A stretch of DNA of 64,000 nucleotides from an uncultured Chloroflexia bacterium (GCA_963712745.1 CAVQJC010000005.1:96001-160000), one strand, 5' to 3'; positions 47,629-58,192 are shown, counted from the stretch's first letter. Numbers and translations are program-made. Notes: generated by a model not told the origin, from the sequence alone.

Positions 47629-50193
47629 TCAGGGCGAAGCGGCGCCCAGCTCGCGCATCGACACGTCCGTGAGCAGGCAGTCGCCCGAGCGTGGCGTCAG
47701 CTGGACGATGGCGCTGGACGTGTCCGGCGGCGAGATGGTCAAGGCGAACGTCGTGCCGCTCTCCCCGAGCACGACCGGCTGGCGGTCTCGACCGGTGAAG
47801 CGGCCGTCATCGTCCTTCCACTGCACCAGGATCACCAGCTCCCCTGGCCCACCCTTACCACACGCCCCGCGCACCACCACCGCATAGGCCGTCTCCGGCT
47901 CGGCCGCGACGGTGACCTTGGCACTGGAACCGCGCGGCGTGACGAGACCATCGCCCTCCGCCACCGCCTCACCCTTGAGCTCCCAGCCACCCTCGCTGTC
48001 AGACGGCGGGGGCAGCAGCTCGGTGCCCAGGTCCCAGCCGGCTCCGGGCCCGGCCTCGGATGCGGCCACGAGCCGGAACAGGTAGGTCCCATCCTCGGCC
48101 GCCACCAGCTCCGTCTGGGCCTCCAGGAACCCGAGCGAGAGAGCGTGGCTGTCCCAGTAGTCCTCGGGCGAGCCATTGCGCTCCCAGGCGACGAACTCGA
48201 CCCCCCGGCCGTCGAGCGCCTCGCGGACCTCGTCGTCGGTAGTACCCAGCTCGGCCGGCTTGGCCACCTCGACCGCAGCCTCGGTGTAGACCTCCGAGGC
48301 GATCCCACCGAGCCACAGCAACGGCCGGTCCGCACCCACGATGTCCGAGCTGGCCCGCAGGACGCCGTAGCCGCGGATGAGCTCGGCGGCGGCCTCGTCG
48401 CGGTCCATGCGGGCGAGCCAGAAGTCGACCGGCACCTGGCTGCGTCGCGTGGGCAGGGCCATGAACGGCGTGAGCACGATGGCGGCCACCACCAGCCAGG
48501 CCACCGAGGCCGGCACCCAGCGCGGACCCGCCGCAGCGAGGATCCGGCGCAGCCCGGCTGCGCCCGCGCCGACCAGCCCGGAGGCCAGCACCAGCAGCGG
48601 CAGCGAGTAGCGCAGGTACTGCGCCGTGAAGGCCCAGGCCAGGAGGCCGAGGCCCACCGCGACCAGCACCAGCGCCGTCGGCCGGCTGCGCGGGGCGAAC
48701 ACGACGAGCGGCAGGGCCATGAGGAAGACCACGCCGATGGCACCCGCGCCGGCAGGGCCAAAGAGCCCGCCGTCGAAGGTCATCGACCAGGGCATCAGCA
48801 GGATGCTCAGCGGGTCGCGCCCGACCCCGAAGCCCTCGAGGTCGGCGGCCACGTCACGCTCGGTCCCGAAGAGGATGGACATGAGCAGGTCCAGGCCGGG
48901 GAACGTGCCGGTGATGGCGAACGAGCGCCACAGCCAGGGGAAGGTGATGAGCCCGCCGGCCAGCATGGCCAGGCCGGCCGTGAAACGGGAGCGCAGCGTG
49001 AAGCGCTCGCGTCCCACCAGCAGCACTGCCAGGCCCAGGGCGCCGACCGCGGTCGCGGCCACCGTCTTGGCGGCGAAGGCCATGCCGGCCAGGAACCCGG
49101 CCAGCACCAGCACCCGGGCGGCGCCCGTGCGCTGCCAGAGCACCACCGCGATGGCGGAGGCCACCATGAACAGCGCCGGATAGAGGTCGACGTAGGCGTG
49201 GCCGATCTCCCACAGGAATAGCGGCGTGGCCATGAACGTGGCGGCGGCGATGATGCCCGCGAAGCGCCCGCCCAGCAGTTGCGCCAGCGCGGCCGCACCG
49301 GCACCCGCCATGAGGCCCACCACCGCGTGGCTGAGCGAGACGCCGGCCATACCGCCGATGGCCCAGGCAGGCACCGACACCACCTGCGCGTGGATGGGAT
49401 AGCGGCTCGTCCACCAGGGCAGCTCGGGCACGCTGCCCGTCTGCCAGATCTCACGCGTGATGGGCAGGTGGTGGCGGACGGCATCGCTCAAGGTCTCCGG
49501 CACGAACGCATAGAGCAGCCCGAACGCCACGAAGCCGGCCACCAGCGCGACCAGGACGGCGGAGCTCAGCGCGGGGCGGCCCCAGGCCGGGGCGCGGACC
49601 GCCGGGCGGCCGTTCCGCAGGACCACGACGGCGGCGGCGAGCACGAGCGCCAGGTCGACGGCCACGATGGCCGGGCCGGTCAGCAGTCCGACCGATCCAA
49701 GCAGCAGGTAGGCCAGGCCCAACGCGCCCGAGCCGGTGGCGAAGGCCAGCACGGCCCCGGCCAGGGCCGGCACGGGTGGGGGCACGGGTGGGGGCACGGC
49801 CAGCCTGACCACGGCTGCTCCGATGAGCCAGGCCAGGGCGGTCTGTGCGGCCACGACCGCCAGCGCCGCGACCGAATCGGTGAGCAGCCCGCCCACCGCC
49901 ACCACCAGCGCTGCCGCCAGCAGCGCGGCCGGGATGGTCAGGCTGCGCCGGAGGAGCCAGACCAGGAGCGTGGGCACGGCCACTGCGGCGTAGACGACGG
50001 CCGCAGCCAGCACGACCGACTCGCTCCAGAAGGTTCGCGCGGCCTCGCCCAGCACCGGCCCACCCGCCAGCCGCACGGCCATGGTCACGCCCAGCACCAG
50101 GATGACGACCATCCAGCCCAGCGCTGCCCAGGCCAGCCATCGCGGGCCGGCGGGCCAGCGGCGGGCAGGCGCGGTCGAGTCGGTCGTGGTCAC
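47629..50193 (-). CDS. Polytopic membrane glycosyltransferase (GT-C/GT39-like)
   Basis: Many TM helices; DAVRHHLP, YVD, QYLRYSLP. Confidence 0.75.
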   Translation of the reverse strand: MTTTDSTAPARRWPAGPRWLAWAALGWMVVILVLGVTMAVRLAGGPVLGEAARTFWSESVVLAAAVVYAAVAVPTLLVWLLRRSLTIPAALLAAALVVAVGGLLTDSVAALAVVAAQTALAWLIGAAVVRLAVPPPVPPPVPALAGAVLAFATGSGALGLAYLLLGSVGLLTGPAIVAVDLALVLAAAVVVLRNGRPAVRAPAWGRPALSSAVLVALVAGFVAFGLLYAFVPETLSDAVRHHLPITREIWQTGSVPELPWWTSRYPIHAQVVSVPAWAIGGMAGVSLSHAVVGLMAGAGAAALAQLLGGRFAGIIAAATFMATPLFLWEIGHAYVDLYPALFMVASAIAVVLWQRTGAARVLVLAGFLAGMAFAAKTVAATAVGALGLAVLLVGRERFTLRSRFTAGLAMLAGGLITFPWLWRSFAITGTFPGLDLLMSILFGTERDVAADLEGFGVGRDPLSILLMPWSMTFDGGLFGPAGAGAIGVVFLMALPLVVFAPRSRPTALVLVAVGLGLLAWAFTAQYLRYSLPLLVLASGLVGAGAAGLRRILAAAGPRWVPASVAWLVVAAIVLTPFMALPTRRSQVPVDFWLARMDRDEAAAELIRGYGVLRASSDIVGADRPLLWLGGIASEVYTEAAVEVAKPAELGTTDDEVREALDGRGVEFVAWERNGSPEDYWDSHALSLGFLEAQTELVAAEDGTYLFRLVAASEAGPGAGWDLGTELLPPPSDSEGGWELKGEAVAEGDGLVTPRGSSAKVTVAAEPETAYAVVVRGACGKGGPGELVILVQWKDDDGRFTGRDRQPVVLGESGTTFALTISPPDTSSAIVQLTPRSGDCLLTDVSMRELGAASP

Positions 50194-51188
50194 CGCCCGG
50201 GAGGTGGCTCCCGGCGCCGGCCCAGGTCCGGACCGAGCGGCTCGGTGGGCGTGGAGGCCACGTCGAACTGGAAGAACGCCAGCAGCAGCTGGACGCCCAC
50301 GATGATGGGCAGTGCCGCGATCATCACCTGTCCACTGGTGGCCACGATGCCCTGCGACGAGGCGCCGATCCAGGTGGAGGCCCCGTAGACGAAGCCGAAG
50401 AGCAGCAGCGGCAGGGCCAGCAGCAGCTGCAGGCTGGCGGCCGAGAAACCGCGCAGGTAGTGGTTGTAGACGATGCGCTTGGCGAAGGCCTTGAGGTGGC
50501 CCACGAGGAAGGGCCAGATGATCCGACTCACGCTCAGGCCGGAGCGCTCCCCTCCGTACACCGCGTCCATGGGCACGTCCTTGACCACGGCCCGGATGGT
50601 GCCCAGGCGGAAGAGCACGTCGCTCTCGAAGAAGTAGTCATCGGCGATCTTGTCCAGCGGGAGCAGGACCAGGGCGGTCCGGCCGATGCCCACGTAGCCG
50701 TTGGTCGGGTCGAACGTCTGCCAGTACCCCGACGAGGCCTTGGACATGAACGAGAGCACGGCGTTCCCCAGCAGGCGCAGCCTGGGCATGCGCGAAAGGC
50801 TCTCGGGGTCGAAGAAGCGGTTGCCCTTGGTGTAGTCGGCCTTGCCCTCGCGGATGGGATCGACGAAGCGCATGAGCAGGCTCGGGTCCATCTGGCCGTC
50901 ACCGTCGATCTTGACGACCACGTCGCAGCCGTCGTCGAGGGCGGCCCGCCAGCCGGTCTTGACCGCCGCGCCGACACCGCCGTTCTCTTCGCGCACGATG
51001 ACGTTGACACGCGCGTCGTGGCACTCGGACCTGACCAGTGCTCCGCTGCCGTCGGGACAGGCGTCGTCGACGACGAAGATGACGTCGGCCTCGGGACCGA
51101 TGCGCTCGATGACGCCGACGATGTGGTCGGTCACGCGGTACGCGGGGATGACCACACCGAGCCGAGCGTCCTGCGGTACCTCCCTCAC
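50190..51188 (-). CDS. Glycosyltransferase family 2 (polyprenol-phosphate sugar synthase-like)
   Basis: VIPAY, VVDD, DGDGQ, KGNRF; C-terminal TM pair. Confidence 0.92.
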   Translation of the reverse strand: MREVPQDARLGVVIPAYRVTDHIVGVIERIGPEADVIFVVDDACPDGSGALVRSECHDARVNVIVREENGGVGAAVKTGWRAALDDGCDVVVKIDGDGQMDPSLLMRFVDPIREGKADYTKGNRFFDPESLSRMPRLRLLGNAVLSFMSKASSGYWQTFDPTNGYVGIGRTALVLLPLDKIADDYFFESDVLFRLGTIRAVVKDVPMDAVYGGERSGLSVSRIIWPFLVGHLKAFAKRIVYNHYLRGFSAASLQLLLALPLLLFGFVYGASTWIGASSQGIVATSGQVMIAALPIIVGVQLLLAFFQFDVASTPTEPLGPDLGRRREPPPGR

Positions 51189-51307
51189 CGAGCGATTGTA
51201 TCGGCTGAGCCCGGCCTCAAACCCGCGCGTTCCGGGCGCCGCCGGCGCCGCGCCGCATGATCGTGCGTATCCTGCGCCGCCGGCGCCGCGTGGTGCACAC
51301 TCCCGCC

Positions 51308-52459
51308 ATGACCACCGAGCAAGGCAGCCGACGCAGGGAGTGGGGCAAGCGCCTGGCCGGCCTCGCCATCAGCCTCATCGCCATCGTCATCGTGGTCCGC
51401 ACCGTGGACGTCGCGGCCACGCTCGATGTGTTGAGTCGCGCCGACCTGCTCTATGTCGCGGGGGTCATGGTGGTGCTGGCGGCGCAGGTCGCGGTACGCG
51501 GCTGGCGCTGGCGGATCCTGCTGCCGCCACGACCCGACGGTAGCCAGGTCCCGGTGCGACGAACGATCTCGCCGATGCTCATCGGCTATCTCGGCAACGC
51601 GGTCCTGCCCGCCCGCCTGGGCGAAGCCATCCGCTCGTTCCTGGTGGCGCGGCGAGAGCAGCTCGTGCCGCTGGAAGCCTTCGGGGCCACGATGCTCGAA
51701 CGGCTGGTGGACGTGGTCGTGCTCGCACTCATCGGCCTGACCGCCGCCATCCTGCTCGGGGCGGAGTGGTGGATCGTCACCATCGGCCTGGTCGGGGGGC
51801 TCGGCGGCGTGGTCGTGCTGGTGCTGCTCGTGGTGCTCGGCTTCGGGCGGCTGGTCGACATCGGCCGGGCCATCCTGGCCCGCCTTCACCTCGCCGAGCG
51901 GTTCGAGAAGGTCCTGGGCTGGGCCTCGTCGTTCGCGGCCGGCGTGGACCGGGGCCGCGACGTCCCCCGGCTGCTGGCGGTGTCTCTCATCAGCGTCCTG
52001 GCCTGGGTCCTCGACGCGACCATCTTCTTCCTGGTGGCCCGCTCGCTGGGCATCGAGCTGGGCTTTGCCGAGGCCGTCCTCATCGGTGCCGTCTCGGTCC
52101 TCGCCACCGCCATCCCGGCCGCTCCCGGCTACGTGGGCACGTTCGAGCTGGCCGCCACGGCCACCGGCGTGGCCCTGGGCATCCCCCGCCCGGAGGCCCT
52201 GGCGCTGGCGGTGCTGGTGCACCTGGTCACGGTCATCCCCATCGCGCTCTCGGGCGCCCTGGCTTTGCTGCTGACCGGGGCCCGCCTGGGCACCATCGCG
52301 GCCGAGGCCGAGGAGGCCGAGCAACCCCACGAGCGAACGACCGAGGAAACGGCCGAGCATCCGGGCGAGGAGGCTCAGCGCCCGGTCGAAGAGGCTGGGC
52401 GCCCGGTCGAGGAGGCTGAGCGCCCGGTCGAGGAGGCTGAGCGCCCGGTCGAGCCCTGA
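51308..52459 (+). CDS. Lysylphosphatidylglycerol synthase TM-domain (flippase-like) protein
   Basis: RWRILL, NAVLPARLGE, ERLVD, PGYVGTFE. Confidence 0.9.
   Translation: MTTEQGSRRREWGKRLAGLAISLIAIVIVVRTVDVAATLDVLSRADLLYVAGVMVVLAAQVAVRGWRWRILLPPRPDGSQVPVRRTISPMLIGYLGNAVLPARLGEAIRSFLVARREQLVPLEAFGATMLERLVDVVVLALIGLTAAILLGAEWWIVTIGLVGGLGGVVVLVLLVVLGFGRLVDIGRAILARLHLAERFEKVLGWASSFAAGVDRGRDVPRLLAVSLISVLAWVLDATIFFLVARSLGIELGFAEAVLIGAVSVLATAIPAAPGYVGTFELAATATGVALGIPRPEALALAVLVHLVTVIPIALSGALALLLTGARLGTIAAEAEEAEQPHERTTEETAEHPGEEAQRPVEEAGRPVEEAERPVEEAERPVEP
52367..52453. repeat. In-frame 21-bp tandem repeat x4 (EEAERPV)
   Basis: GAGGAGGCTGAGCGCCCGGTC units. Confidence 0.9.
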
Positions 52460-52506
52460 CGTAGTGTCTTGCGCACGAGGAAGCCGACCAGGGACGAGGA
52501 GGTTCG

Positions 52507-53526
52507 ATGGAGCTGACCCGGCGTGAACGCGTGCGACGCGCCCTGACCTACCAGGAGGTCGACCGGCTGCCGACGCAGTTCAACTACACCGCCTCCATGG
52601 GCCAGGCCATGGCCGAGCACTTCGGGGTCGACCTTGCCGACCTGCCGGCGCGGCTGGACAACCACCTGGTGCGGCTCGACATGACCTACGAGACGCGCTA
52701 CAGCGAGGACGGCAAGGCGCGGTTCGACTGGTGGGGCGCCGGGCACGACACCGAGGAAGAGGGCTACTACATCCGCCTGGCCCCACTGCACGCGGACCCC
52801 GACCTCGACGCCTTCGACTGGCCAGACCCGCACGACCCGCACCTGCTCGACGAGGCCCGGACCGTGCGTGAGCGGGTGGGTGACAGTGCCTTCGTGGTGC
52901 CCAACATCGGCTGGGCCCTCTTCGAGCGGGCATGGTCCCTGCGCGGTTTCGAGAACACGCTGCTGGAGCTGGCACTGGACCCCGGCTACGTGGGCGAGCT
53001 CATGGACCGCATCGTCGATATCCGCCTCGTGGTCATCGAGCGCTACCTGGAGCTGGGCGTCGACGGCGGCTACTTCGGCGACGACTACGGGGCCCAGGTC
53101 GGCACCCTCTTCAGCCCGACCACCTGGCGTGAGCTGGTCAAGCCACGCCTGGCCCGCCTCTTCGCGCCGTTCGTGGAGCGCGGCCTGCCGGTGCTCATGC
53201 ACTCGGACGGCGACATCGCGCCCATCGTCCCCGACCTCGTGGAGATCGGCCTGACCTGCCTCAACCCGGTCCAGCCGGAGGTCGTGGACCACGCATGGCT
53301 GCACGACGAGTTCGACGGGCGGCTGGCCTTCTACGGCGGAGTCTCGACCCAGACGGTGCTGCCGTACGGCACGCCCGAGGAGGTCCGGGAGGCCGCGCGG
53401 GCCTGCGTCTCGACCCTGGCGCCCGGGGGGACGGGGCTGATGCTGGCGCCCTCGCACCGCATGATGAGCGACGTGTCCATGGCCAACATCGAGGCGCTCA
53501 TGGACGCGATGCACGAGTTCTGCTGA
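52507..53526 (+). CDS. Uroporphyrinogen decarboxylase family protein
   Basis: FERAWSLRG, GDDYG, HSDG, LNPVQ, GTPEEV. Confidence 0.88.
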   Translation: MELTRRERVRRALTYQEVDRLPTQFNYTASMGQAMAEHFGVDLADLPARLDNHLVRLDMTYETRYSEDGKARFDWWGAGHDTEEEGYYIRLAPLHADPDLDAFDWPDPHDPHLLDEARTVRERVGDSAFVVPNIGWALFERAWSLRGFENTLLELALDPGYVGELMDRIVDIRLVVIERYLELGVDGGYFGDDYGAQVGTLFSPTTWRELVKPRLARLFAPFVERGLPVLMHSDGDIAPIVPDLVEIGLTCLNPVQPEVVDHAWLHDEFDGRLAFYGGVSTQTVLPYGTPEEVREAARACVSTLAPGGTGLMLAPSHRMMSDVSMANIEALMDAMHEFC

Positions 53527-53529
53527 GCC

Positions 53530-54771
53530 GTGGACTCTGCACGGCGGAAGGAGGAGTGGCCACTGAGGCGGAAGGAGGAGTGGCCACAGAGGCGGAAGGA
53601 GGAGTGGCCACTGAGGCGGAAGGAGGCCCTGCGCCTGGAGTTCGCCAAGATGTACGGGGCCGAGCCCACGGCCTGGTTCCGCGCACCCGGCCGGGTCGAC
53701 CTGATGGGCAGCCATACCGACTACAACGACGGCTACGTGGCCACCATGACGGTCGACCTCGACACCTGGATCGCCGTCCGGCCGCGCCGCGACCGGCGCG
53801 TGCGCATCGCCTCGCTGAACCTGGCGGGCACGGCCGACTTCGACGTGGGTGTCACCGAGCACGACCGCGAGGTGCCCTGGACCGACTACGTGCGCGGCGT
53901 GGCGGCGGTCCTGGCGGCCGACGGCATCGAGCTCGCGGGCTTCGATGGCCTGCTCCACAGCACGGTCCCGTTCGGCAGCGGCCTGTCGTCATCGGCAGCC
54001 ATCGAGACGGCGGTGCTGCTGGCCTTCGGGGCGGTCAGTGGCCTGGAGCTGGAGCCGCTGGAGCTGGCGCTGCTGGGCCAGCGCGTGGAGAACGAGTTCG
54101 TGGGCGTCGCTTGCGGCATCCTCGACCAGTACACCTCGGTGCTGGGCACAGCCGGGCACGCGCTGCTGCTCGATTGCCGGGCGCTGACGAGCGAGCCGGT
54201 GAGCATCTCGCCGGAGCTGGCGGTGGTCATCTGCGACACGCGCGCACCGCGGCAGCTGACCGGTTCCGAGTACGACGACCGCCGGGCCGACTGCGAGGCC
54301 GGAGCGCGCTACTTCGCGGGCCTCGATTCGGGGGTGCGGGCCCTGCGCGACGTGAGTCTTCCGCTGTTCGACGCGCACGAGGCGGAGCTGCCGGAGCGCG
54401 TGGCGCGGCGCTGCCGCTTCATCATCGAGGAGAACGCGCGCGTGCTGGAGCTGGCCTCGGCCCTGCCCGCGGCCGACCACGACCGGCTGAGGAGGCTCTT
54501 CGACGCCTCGTGGAGGGATGCCAACGAGCTCTTCGAGATCGGGGCGCCGTCGATGTCGGCCATGTACGCGGCCATGGACCGTGCCCCGGGGCTCATCGCG
54601 CGACGGCAGGCCGGGGCCGGATTCGGCGGCTGCCTGGTGGCCGTCGTCGATCGCTGGTCGGTCGACGAGTTCGCGGCGCACGTGGGGCTCGAGTACCACG
54701 GCGCCACCGGCATCGAGCCGCGCGTCTTCGCGGTCGAGGCATCGCCGGGAGCATCGGAGGTCCCCGTCTGA
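53530..54771 (+). CDS. galK: Galactokinase
   Basis: APGRVDLMGSHTDYN, PFGSGLSSSAA, CGILDQ, GAGFGG. Confidence 0.88.
   Translation: MDSARRKEEWPLRRKEEWPQRRKEEWPLRRKEALRLEFAKMYGAEPTAWFRAPGRVDLMGSHTDYNDGYVATMTVDLDTWIAVRPRRDRRVRIASLNLAGTADFDVGVTEHDREVPWTDYVRGVAAVLAADGIELAGFDGLLHSTVPFGSGLSSSAAIETAVLLAFGAVSGLELEPLELALLGQRVENEFVGVACGILDQYTSVLGTAGHALLLDCRALTSEPVSISPELAVVICDTRAPRQLTGSEYDDRRADCEAGARYFAGLDSGVRALRDVSLPLFDAHEAELPERVARRCRFIIEENARVLELASALPAADHDRLRRLFDASWRDANELFEIGAPSMSAMYAAMDRAPGLIARRQAGAGFGGCLVAVVDRWSVDEFAAHVGLEYHGATGIEPRVFAVEASPGASEVPV
53543..53626. repeat. In-frame 24-bp tandem repeat x3.5 (RRKEEWPL)
   Basis: GGCGGAAGGAGGAGTGGCCACTGA units. Confidence 0.92.
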
Positions 54772-54879
54772 GCGTCACCCGCGGCCCGATCGCTGCTCCG
54801 CCCGCGCCCCCGATCGCTGCTCAACGGGACAGCGCGACGCTCCAGCCCCGATCGCCGCTCCGCCCGCGCCCCCGATCGC

Positions 54880-55021
54880 CGTTCAACGGGACAGCGCGAC
54901 GCTCCAGCCCCGGTTCCGGCGACTTTCGTGCACCAGGTGGCACAAACTGACACCGCTGCTCACCAGGTGATCAGAACCTGCGGATCCCGGGGTCGTGCTG
55001 GTCGAGTTGTCCCGCTGAACG
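54880..55021 (+). mobile_element. ~142-bp MITE/REP-like element, copy M1
   Basis: Imperfect terminal inverted repeats CGTTCAACGGGACAGCGCGAC / GTCGAGTTGTCCCGCTGAACG. Confidence 0.7.
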
Positions 55022-55157
55022 GCAAACGGCCTCCAGGGCGAGCGCCCGAGCGGCAAGCGCCCGTCAGCGGCAAACAGCCTCAGAGGCACCGACCTACGCC
55101 TGCCCGGAAGCGTCGAACCCAAGAGCGACGCCCAGCTCCGCCCGCGCCCCCGATCGC

Positions 55158-55299
55158 CGTTCAACGGGACAGCGCGACGCTCCAGCCCCGGTTCCGGCGA
55201 CTTTCGTGCACCAGGTGGCACAAACTGACACCGCTGCTCACCAGGTGATCAGAACCTGCGGATCCCGGGGTCGTGCTGGTCGAGTTGTCCCGCTGAACG
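55158..55299 (+). mobile_element. MITE-like element, copy M2 (identical to M1)
   Basis: Tandem copy at a 278-bp offset. Confidence 0.7.
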
Positions 55300-55505
55300 G
55301 CAAACGGCCCTCAGGGCGAGCACCCTCCGGGGCAAACGGCCCTCAGGGCAAACACCCGAGCGGCAACGCCCTCCAGGGCAAACACCCTCCAGGGCAAACA
55401 CCCTCCAGGGCTAACGACCTCCAGGGCAAACACCCTCCAGGGCAAACGCCCTCCAGGGCAAACACCCTCCAGGGCAAACGGCCTCCAGGGCAAACGGCCT
55501 CAGAG
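55300..55505. repeat. 16-18-bp minisatellite (CCCTCCAGGGCAAACA)
   Basis: About 12 degenerate units, no unique spacers. Confidence 0.88.
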
Positions 55506-55520
55506 GCGCCGACCCCACGC

Positions 55521-57530
55521 CTACCCGGATGCGTCGAACCCAAGAGCGGCGCCCAGCTCCGGCGCCAACGAACGTGAGAATGGCTCGGTCAGGTGGTGCC
55601 CGTCGCGGTAGACGACGGTGTTGTCCACGACCATGGGGCACCCGTCGCCGTCGCAGAACCAGGGTGTGGGGTCGATGAACTCGCCACCCATAGCCTCGGC
55701 CACCGCGGCCTCCACCTCGTACTCGGCCAGCGGGATGGCCGCGGTTGGCACGGTGCAGGCGCCGAAGTCGCCAGCATGCTGGGCCAGGCAGTCGGGCACG
55801 TCCCATTCGACCGCCGGCACGTCTCCGATGATGACGACCCGCTCGGCCGCATCGCCGATAGCCTCGATGGTGGCGGTCATGCCCCGCTCCCATTCGGCCA
55901 GCACGGCGGGTGGATCGTCGACCCAGTCGCCGTCGATGTAGTAGCCGGGACGCGTTCGGTTGGAGATGACGACCAGCTCGGGCTCGATATCACGGATGCG
56001 CGCCACCGCCCGCTCGCGCCAGGCCTGGCATTCGGGATCCCAGGTCGTCTGGGTCGTGCTGCTCGAGAGCACGTCGGCGGACGGACAAGCCGCCCGGGCG
56101 AGCGAGACCAGGCGCCAGTCGTTCTGCTTGGCCAGCCGGTTCAGCGCGGCGAACCAGCTGCGGGCGTGCGAATCGCCGAAGAGGACCATCGTGCGCGAGC
56201 CATCGGCCGCTCCGTGCACGCAGGCGTCGTAGTCGGCGACCTTCGTCACCTCCTTGCACCAGGCTTTCTTGTTCGGCTTCATCTGGTTCATCGGCGGCTG
56301 CAGCGAGGCCAGCGTGGCAGGCGTGGTGAGGTTCACGAGGCCGATGACCGCGACGCAGGCCAGCACCACCGCCGCCGACGAGGCCAGCGCCTGGCCCAGG
56401 TTGAGGCGCACGCGCGTGCCGATGAGCTTGCCGTAACGCAGCGGGTCCTCCACCAGGCGCTGGGTCAGGGCCGCCAGCGGGATGGCCGAGAGCGCCACCA
56501 GCACCGAGACGCCGAGCGGCAGTGTCCCGCCCCAGATGGCCGCCGCGAACACCAGCAGGGGCCAGTGCCAGAGGTAGATGGAGTAGGAGGTCCGGCCCAG
56601 GAACTGCATGGGGGCCACCCCCAGCCAGCGGGACGGCAGCGACGGGCTGGCGGTGAGGCCGCCGATGATGACCAGGCACGTTCCCAGTACCGGCAGCAGG
56701 GCTGCGGGCCCCGGGAAGGGTGACGACTCGGTGAACCAGACCGCGCTCAGGCCGATCATGAACAGGCCGCCGATGACAAGCGGAACGGACGCCCGCGCCG
56801 GCACCAGCGCAGGGCCGGAGGCACCCGCCCTGGCCAGTCGCGCCACGCCGATGGCGATGAGCGCACCGGCCCCGAGCTCCCAGGCGCGCGTAGGCAGCAG
56901 GTAGAAGGCCCACGGCTGGTTGACCGGCGTGAGCACGAGGGCCCCGATGAGCGAGAGGGCCGAGAGGACGCCGAGACCCAGGAACAGGCCCCGCGTCCGG
57001 CCGCCACTGAAGCGATAGAGCAACAGCATCACGCCGGGCCAGATGATGTAGAACTGCTCCTCCACGCTGAGCGACCAGAAATGGAGCACGGGCGACACGG
57101 CCGACTCGGCCGCGAAGTAGTCGTTGGCCTGGAAGCCAAAGCGCATGTTCGAGAGATAGACCGCGGCACTGGCCACGTCGCCGGCGACGCGGGGCACCTG
57201 GGTCGAGGGCAGTAGCAGCACCGCACCGATGAGGATGACCACCAGCGTCAGCACCGCTGCGGGCAGGAGTCGCCGGGCTCGTCGGGCGTAGAAGTTCGGA
57301 AGCGACAGGCGCCCGGTCCCCTGCAGCTCGCGCAGCAGCAGGCCGGTGATGAGGAAGCCGCTGATGACGAAGAAGACGTCGACGCCGATGTAGCCGCCGG
57401 TGAACCCGGGGACGCCCGCGTGGTACAGCAGCACTAGTACCACCGCGATGGCACGGAGGCCCTCGACGTCCGGGCGGAATCGGCCGTTCCGGCTGTGGGG
57501 CTGCACGGCCTCGGCCGACTGGGTCTCCAT
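55521..57530 (-). CDS. Acyltransferase-3 plus SGNH domain protein (OafA/OatA-like)
   Basis: RPDVEGLRAIA, FFVISGFLI, HFWSLSVEEQFY, GDSHA, DGHH. Confidence 0.93.
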   Translation of the reverse strand: METQSAEAVQPHSRNGRFRPDVEGLRAIAVVLVLLYHAGVPGFTGGYIGVDVFFVISGFLITGLLLRELQGTGRLSLPNFYARRARRLLPAAVLTLVVILIGAVLLLPSTQVPRVAGDVASAAVYLSNMRFGFQANDYFAAESAVSPVLHFWSLSVEEQFYIIWPGVMLLLYRFSGGRTRGLFLGLGVLSALSLIGALVLTPVNQPWAFYLLPTRAWELGAGALIAIGVARLARAGASGPALVPARASVPLVIGGLFMIGLSAVWFTESSPFPGPAALLPVLGTCLVIIGGLTASPSLPSRWLGVAPMQFLGRTSYSIYLWHWPLLVFAAAIWGGTLPLGVSVLVALSAIPLAALTQRLVEDPLRYGKLIGTRVRLNLGQALASSAAVVLACVAVIGLVNLTTPATLASLQPPMNQMKPNKKAWCKEVTKVADYDACVHGAADGSRTMVLFGDSHARSWFAALNRLAKQNDWRLVSLARAACPSADVLSSSTTQTTWDPECQAWRERAVARIRDIEPELVVISNRTRPGYYIDGDWVDDPPAVLAEWERGMTATIEAIGDAAERVVIIGDVPAVEWDVPDCLAQHAGDFGACTVPTAAIPLAEYEVEAAVAEAMGGEFIDPTPWFCDGDGCPMVVDNTVVYRDGHHLTEPFSRSLAPELGAALGFDASG

Positions 57531-57701
57531 GTGCCAAAGCGTAGCGGTCGACCGCGGAGGGGGCCGTACAGGCACATCGCCCGACGACCGAGGGCGCGGC
57601 GCCTTCCGAATGAGGCCGGCGGTAAGGCGCGACCCGATGTGCGATCGCTTGCCTAGCCCGACGCTGTGGTCATCACCGGAACGCAGCCATCGGAGACCAC
57701 G

Positions 57702-57845
57702 ATGAACGAGAGCAATGAGCCCCAGACCCCGGCATCGGACCACGATCGGACCCAGGAACACGGCTCAGCGGAGCTGGCGCTGTCGGTCTACCTCTTCCTG
57801 GCAGCCTTCGCCTACGTCTTCGCCACGCTGGGCGGGGTGGCGTAG
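57702..57845 (+). CDS. 47-aa single-TM small protein
   Basis: GGAG RBS; MNESNEP..LALSVYLFLAAFAYVFATLGGVA. Confidence 0.5.
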   Translation: MNESNEPQTPASDHDRTQEHGSAELALSVYLFLAAFAYVFATLGGVA

Positions 57846-57854
57846 CACCGCAAC

Positions 57855-58045
57855 GGGCTTGCCGCTGGGGCGCCTTGGCATTGGGGCCTTGCGGCTGGGG
57901 GTCTTTGCCACTCGGGCGCGGATCAACACGCGGGCGCCTTGGCACTCGGGGCCTTGCCGCTGGGGGTCTTGCCGCTGGGGGACTTGCCGCTGGGGCGCCT
58001 CGCCACTCGGGGGCTTGTCGCTGGGGGGCTTGCCACTCGGGCGCC
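57855..58045. repeat. ~15-bp minisatellite (GGGGCTTGCCGCTGG)
   Basis: Degenerate tandem units abutting M3. Confidence 0.85.
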
Positions 58046-58051
58046 GATTCC

Positions 58052-58192
58052 CGTTCAACGGTGGAGTACGACCAGCGCGACTCCGAATCTGCAGGTTCTG
58101 CTCGCCTCATGCAAAGGGCTGACACTTCTGGTCACCAGGTGCACGAGACCTGCAGGAATCCGGCCCCGGGGGTCGCACTGTCCCGTTGAGCG
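58052..58192 (-). mobile_element. MITE-like element, copy M3 (inverted, diverged)
   Basis: Aligns end to end with the reverse complement of M1 (CGACCAGC, GCAGGTTCTG, GGTGCACGA, CTGTCCCGTTGA). Confidence 0.7.

Noticed and set aside
55300-55505. CRISPR-like array
   Set aside because: Units are contiguous and degenerate with no unique spacers; this is a minisatellite.
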